Origin: Eutreptiella sp. 'Long Island Sound 2002'
Taxonomy: Eukaryota; Protista; Euglenida
Reading direction: 5' to 3'
DNA: 64,000 nucleotides
Assembly (NCBI GenBank): GCA_964036045.1
Contig: OZ038378.1
Span: 158,658,001 to 158,722,000 of the forward strand
The notes beneath the pieces are model-generated. The model saw nothing but the letters and a program-made list of their open reading frames with translations. It ran no database searches and was not told the DNA's origin. This document shows, piece after piece, positions 59,932 to 64,000 of this stretch (the first letter of the stretch is position 1; every line of letters starts with the position of its first letter). Both the position numbers and the translations under genes were made by a program.

Positions 59932-62286
59932 GCCGGGCGCGCGCCCGGCACGCTAACACTCCCCCTAGGTCCATGGTCCACTTGGTTGCTGCATCATCGT
60001 GTCTGTTTTCACCCTCGGGCATCCATCTTGACGTGCGGGCGCGGCCATTCCTGTTGCTTGCCCAAATTTCACAATCAAGGGGGTTCAGAAAAGTCAGCCA
60101 GGTGATTTATGGTTACTCAGGGTTGCTCAGGGTTACTCGGGAATGAAGCGGATGCGCAGCAAGACCGACAACCAATGGTCGCTGCTTCATTGTGCCTGTT
60201 GGCAACACGGCAGCCAGCGTGTTGAGATGTCTTGCACATCGTTGTTGAGCATGCAACCGTGCATGGTTGCGATTGAAGGGATGGCATTGCCAGAGCGCTG
60301 TCGACTGGTTGGCTGCCAGGTTTGACGACTTGGGGGGGGGGCGGGGGGGGGGGGGATTGCATATGAGTCATCATTTGTGGTGGCCCCGGGACCCCATAAA
60401 GCCCAAAGCGAAGGATAGGGACAAAGAGGGCAAGACGAGAGAAAGGGGCTGGGCTTACCCAGAAAGTAAACAAGGGACACCAGCGGGAATTTCTGGCACG
60501 CAGTCGTATCCCCCCCCCCCTCCAGCCCCCACCTCCTTGTCTGAACAATCCCAGTAACACTGGGCGTTGTTTCCGTCGATTTTTGCTGCGGTGTCATAGT
60601 GGTAGCAGTCGGAGATATTGGTACTTTGGGACTGAGCGAATGCGGGCAATGATTGCAGTTGTAGCAGGTCTCGCTCCCTGGTTTCCCGAATGGTGGAGCT
60701 GGAGAAGAGCCCCACGCCCAGGGGCCATCTCACCCCCTGGCTCCTGAGCCTGCTGGGGTCAAAGGCGGCTGGAGCGATCCTCGATCTCCCGTGGTCGCCC
60801 GAGGCCTTGACGGGCCCCGACCCCCCCCCCCCCCGCTTGGCACCCCCCTCCTCCAGCCCCCGGAGAGTCCGAAGTAGACCATGTGTACCGTAGCAGTGTG
60901 CAGACAACACCTCATCTGAACAACCCTTGACAGTGTTTCCGTGAATTTTTTGGCTCCGGCTGTAGTTTATGAGGGAGAGTGGGTAGGACTCCCTGCAAGC
61001 CCCGCCCCTCTCGTGCTAATCGCAACTGGCCATCGGGTTGTAAACAAAATCGAGCAAGCTCGTGTCTTTATGAGCTGAAAATGATTCAAAGTATTTTACG
61101 AAAAGAAGATGTTTGAGCCTCTGCGCAACTCGAACTCTTCCGTGTGTTGCTCGCACGTACCGAGTACGTACAAAACAAGCTTCTACTTGACTTCCGTCGC
61201 CATGATACCTTGGAGATATCATGGCAAATTTTGAGTGCATGGAAAAAGGTGTGCCCAAGAGCAAGTTCCTACACTTCCCTTTCCGCTAGCCCGTTTGAAA
61301 CAGGGTCGGGAGCGAACAGCCCCAAGCTTGATCCCCATCAACTGGCTGGCTGAGTTGTGAAGAACATCAGGGCGTTTGCTCTGCAAGCAGGGCACTGGAC
61401 ATCGCCTGCCCCAGACAATTGGTCCCTTGGCGGCTTCCCAGCCACATGCACACACACTGGCCGCTCACCCCCTCAGGCAACAAGGGTCAGCGATAGTTGG
61501 GCATGAGGACGCATAGTGTAGCCTTGGCCAGGGTGCTCTGCTTCAAAGTGGGAACGCCAGGCAAGGCCAACCCGTCGACAGCTGTGTTGTTTTAAAACAA
61601 CATGGGCAACATCCCAGTGCATCCCAAAGGATGAGGCCATCGCAGCTTCTCACCCCTCCCCCTTGTCCAGCCCCCCCCCCCCCCTGTCCGACACCCCCCC
61701 CGCCTTGTCCATCCCTGGGGGGGGGGGGGGGGCGTCACTTGGCCTATGAGCAATAAGAAATCAATAGGAAATCGAGGGGCTAAAGAAAAATCTTAGTTGG
61801 TTATACCAGAATTCAGGTTATTGTTGTGTGGTGTCTGCCCCCACCCCCCCGGGGGTGGGGGGGACCGTTGTCCTGGGGGGGGGGGCTTTCGCAAACGTGC
61901 AAGCACCGAGTTCTAGAATGCCCCCCGTGGTTTGTCCTCCCACCACAGCAAGCTGCCGGTGACCTGAAGATTTCTAAAGCAGAATCCAACTACCCAACAG
62001 TGTTCCCAGGGATTCGATAAGTGATAGGACTAACCATGTTTCTGAAAGTTGAGGAGAGCCTACGCCCCCCCTGTCCGGGTACTGGGCAAATGCTGGCGGG
62101 GAGGCGTAATCGCCCAAATTGGTGGTCAACGGCTGTTTATTTGTGGTCAACTGCCAGCTGATGCACCAAACATGATGGGGCGGTCCATTTGTTGGTGTCA
62201 TTTCACTTTTAGAAAAAGAGATTTCCTCGAATTGGCTTGACCTCGTTTTGTGCAGTCTCTTTCCTCTGATCAGCTCCTGCGCCACA

Positions 62287-62763
62287 ATGGCTCCAGTTGA
62301 TGTGCAAGCAGTGGTCCAGCATCAGTTTGGGCCCGGGTATATTGCTGTTGTGGACCCGCGTCTAGCGGCTCCTGCATATGCCTGGAGGCCTTTCAAGGAG
62401 GCGGACATTGACAGCACGAACATGTTGGATTTCAAAGGCTTTGCGGAGAAGAAGTTTGGCACTTCCAACGTCGTATCTCTGGATGAGGACAAGGCTGACT
62501 CTTGGTATGCCAAAGGCCCCAGGGGGAACATCCACATCGACCCCGTAGACGTTGTGGAATGGCAGTATGGCCCTGGGTGGATGGCCGTGTGCGACCCAAG
62601 AGTGAAATCGAAGCCAAAAAGCTGGAGGGCGGCCGACTGCAGTTTGATTGACGAGTCCAAGCGACTGAATTTCAGAGGCTACGCACAAACACATTACAGC
62701 CTGATGGCCGACATCTTTCCCACTGTGCTGGACAACCCTCATTGCTGGATCATCATCTACTAA
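62287..62763 (+). CDS. Intronless 158-aa protein made of four ~37-aa repeats; function unknown
   Basis: ATG at 62287, 13 nt after a pyrimidine-rich ...ctgatcAG acceptor; TAA at 62761-63. Internal 2x2 repeat structure (QFGPGYIAVVDPR / QYGPGWMAVCDPR; LDFKGFAEKKF / LNFRGYAQTHY). Confidence 0.8.
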   Translation: MAPVDVQAVVQHQFGPGYIAVVDPRLAAPAYAWRPFKEADIDSTNMLDFKGFAEKKFGTSNVVSLDEDKADSWYAKGPRGNIHIDPVDVVEWQYGPGWMAVCDPRVKSKPKSWRAADCSLIDESKRLNFRGYAQTHYSLMADIFPTVLDNPHCWIIIY

Positions 62764-64000
62764 GAGCGCTGAGTTGTTGTTGGACAATACGTGCGTGCAC
62801 GGCTGCTTGTCCTGTCCGCGTGGCATGAAGGAATGTTAGTTTTTCCGCTGGCAGAACGAAGGTTGGGCAACTGCTTGCTGTGCATGCACAGATGTGCCTG
62901 CATTCGCATCCCGGGCAGTTATGCACTCCGATCTTCTCTGTCTCGATACGGAAAAATCTCCAAGTATGGCGTACAGTGAGCATGCCACAATCACCGACAC
63001 TGTTGACTTTTCCTTGATCGGGCATTGGGGCTTCCCGCCGAATGCCGTGCCCGACCCCCTTGAGGGGGCATTATACTTATACTAAGCCTCCCTCATACAC
63101 GCAGACCCTTATTTGCTGCACATTGGTGCTGCTTTTATTTTGTCATGATGGGTGCTGATGTTTTGGCCATCCCATCTATATTCTTCGGCTGCAGCTCACT
63201 GCCTGATCAACCTTGTGATTTTTAAGCACGTGGGCCCTATGTGCACCATTTGCACGTTGGCGAGTCCCTGTCGATCTTGGCAGACTGCAGCTGTTGCACC
63301 CAACCCCCCACCAGCCGGTGCAATGGATCCAGGTCACAAAAATTGTTTTGCTCCTTCAAATCCCATGGACCGTGACGCCCCCCAACCCCCCAGACTGCAG
63401 AGGTCCCGGGGCGCGGCAGGTGTGCTCGACGAAATGCGAGGGATGGATTCCGCTGCGGCGGTGTAGGACGGGTGGGGGTGTCCGGATGGCGTGTGTACGG
63501 CCCCTGTTGGCAGTGGCCCCATCCCACATGGTACAGGGGGCCAGTCCCACGTTGGACCAAACCTTCCGCCCGTCTTTCCGCCAACGGGTAGAGATATGTA
63601 TGGTGTACGATTTGCAGTGGGCTCGCGCTCTTTCTATGAGGCTCTTATGCTGCACAGTATCATATAAGAAATGGTCCGCCTGCCTCTCAGCGCGGAGGCT
63701 TTTATATTACGCTGCCCAGAATCATTTAGACATGGCCCAGCTGCCATGTTCCTGCCACAAGGCTTTTATCAAACATGAAATTGACGGTACATCATCGCAA
63801 GTTGAATGGCACCCGACAGACAGTCTCGAGGGTGCGTGTAGGTGCGGTGCCGGTTGGCAATCAAGTTCCTTCGGTGGGCCACGAGGGACCAAGTGCCGGA
63901 GAATTTTTAAACATTCTGCTCAAGTTTCAAGATACTTCTTGCACAAAATTCCAAGCGTCGCCTTGCGCAAGTGCAGTTCATGTCTGGAATTCTAGTTTGC

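Overview
Repeat-rich eukaryotic nuclear DNA with low gene density, many poly-G/C tracts, satellites, nested transposons and decayed LINE fragments. No prokaryotic operon, rRNA or CRISPR array is visible. A protist (possibly euglenoid) origin is my inference only. The best-supported features are: (1) A ~900-codon mTERF-repeat gene on the minus strand. Its last 12 repeats are near-identical 32-aa units that vary mainly at one residue pair, and it is split in frame by a 2.67-kb TIR transposon with a 9-bp target-site duplication. (2) A young Penelope-like retroelement with permuted domains (N-terminal GIY-YIG, CxC linker, RT), Chlamys-like, with 193-bp pseudo-LTRs and an unusual YRDN catalytic motif, nested inside a TTAA-flanked TIR element. 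(3) PIF/Tourist-like MITEs, one with its empty site also present in the window. (4) A tandem tRNA-derived SINE-like repeat. (5) An intronless 158-aa four-repeat protein that looks bacterial-like, plus isolated exons (CCCH zinc finger, RVRY-repeat protein, C-terminal TM exon). Most of the six-frame ORFs are artefacts of repeats or GC-rich DNA. All family assignments come from reading motifs by eye; no searches were run.
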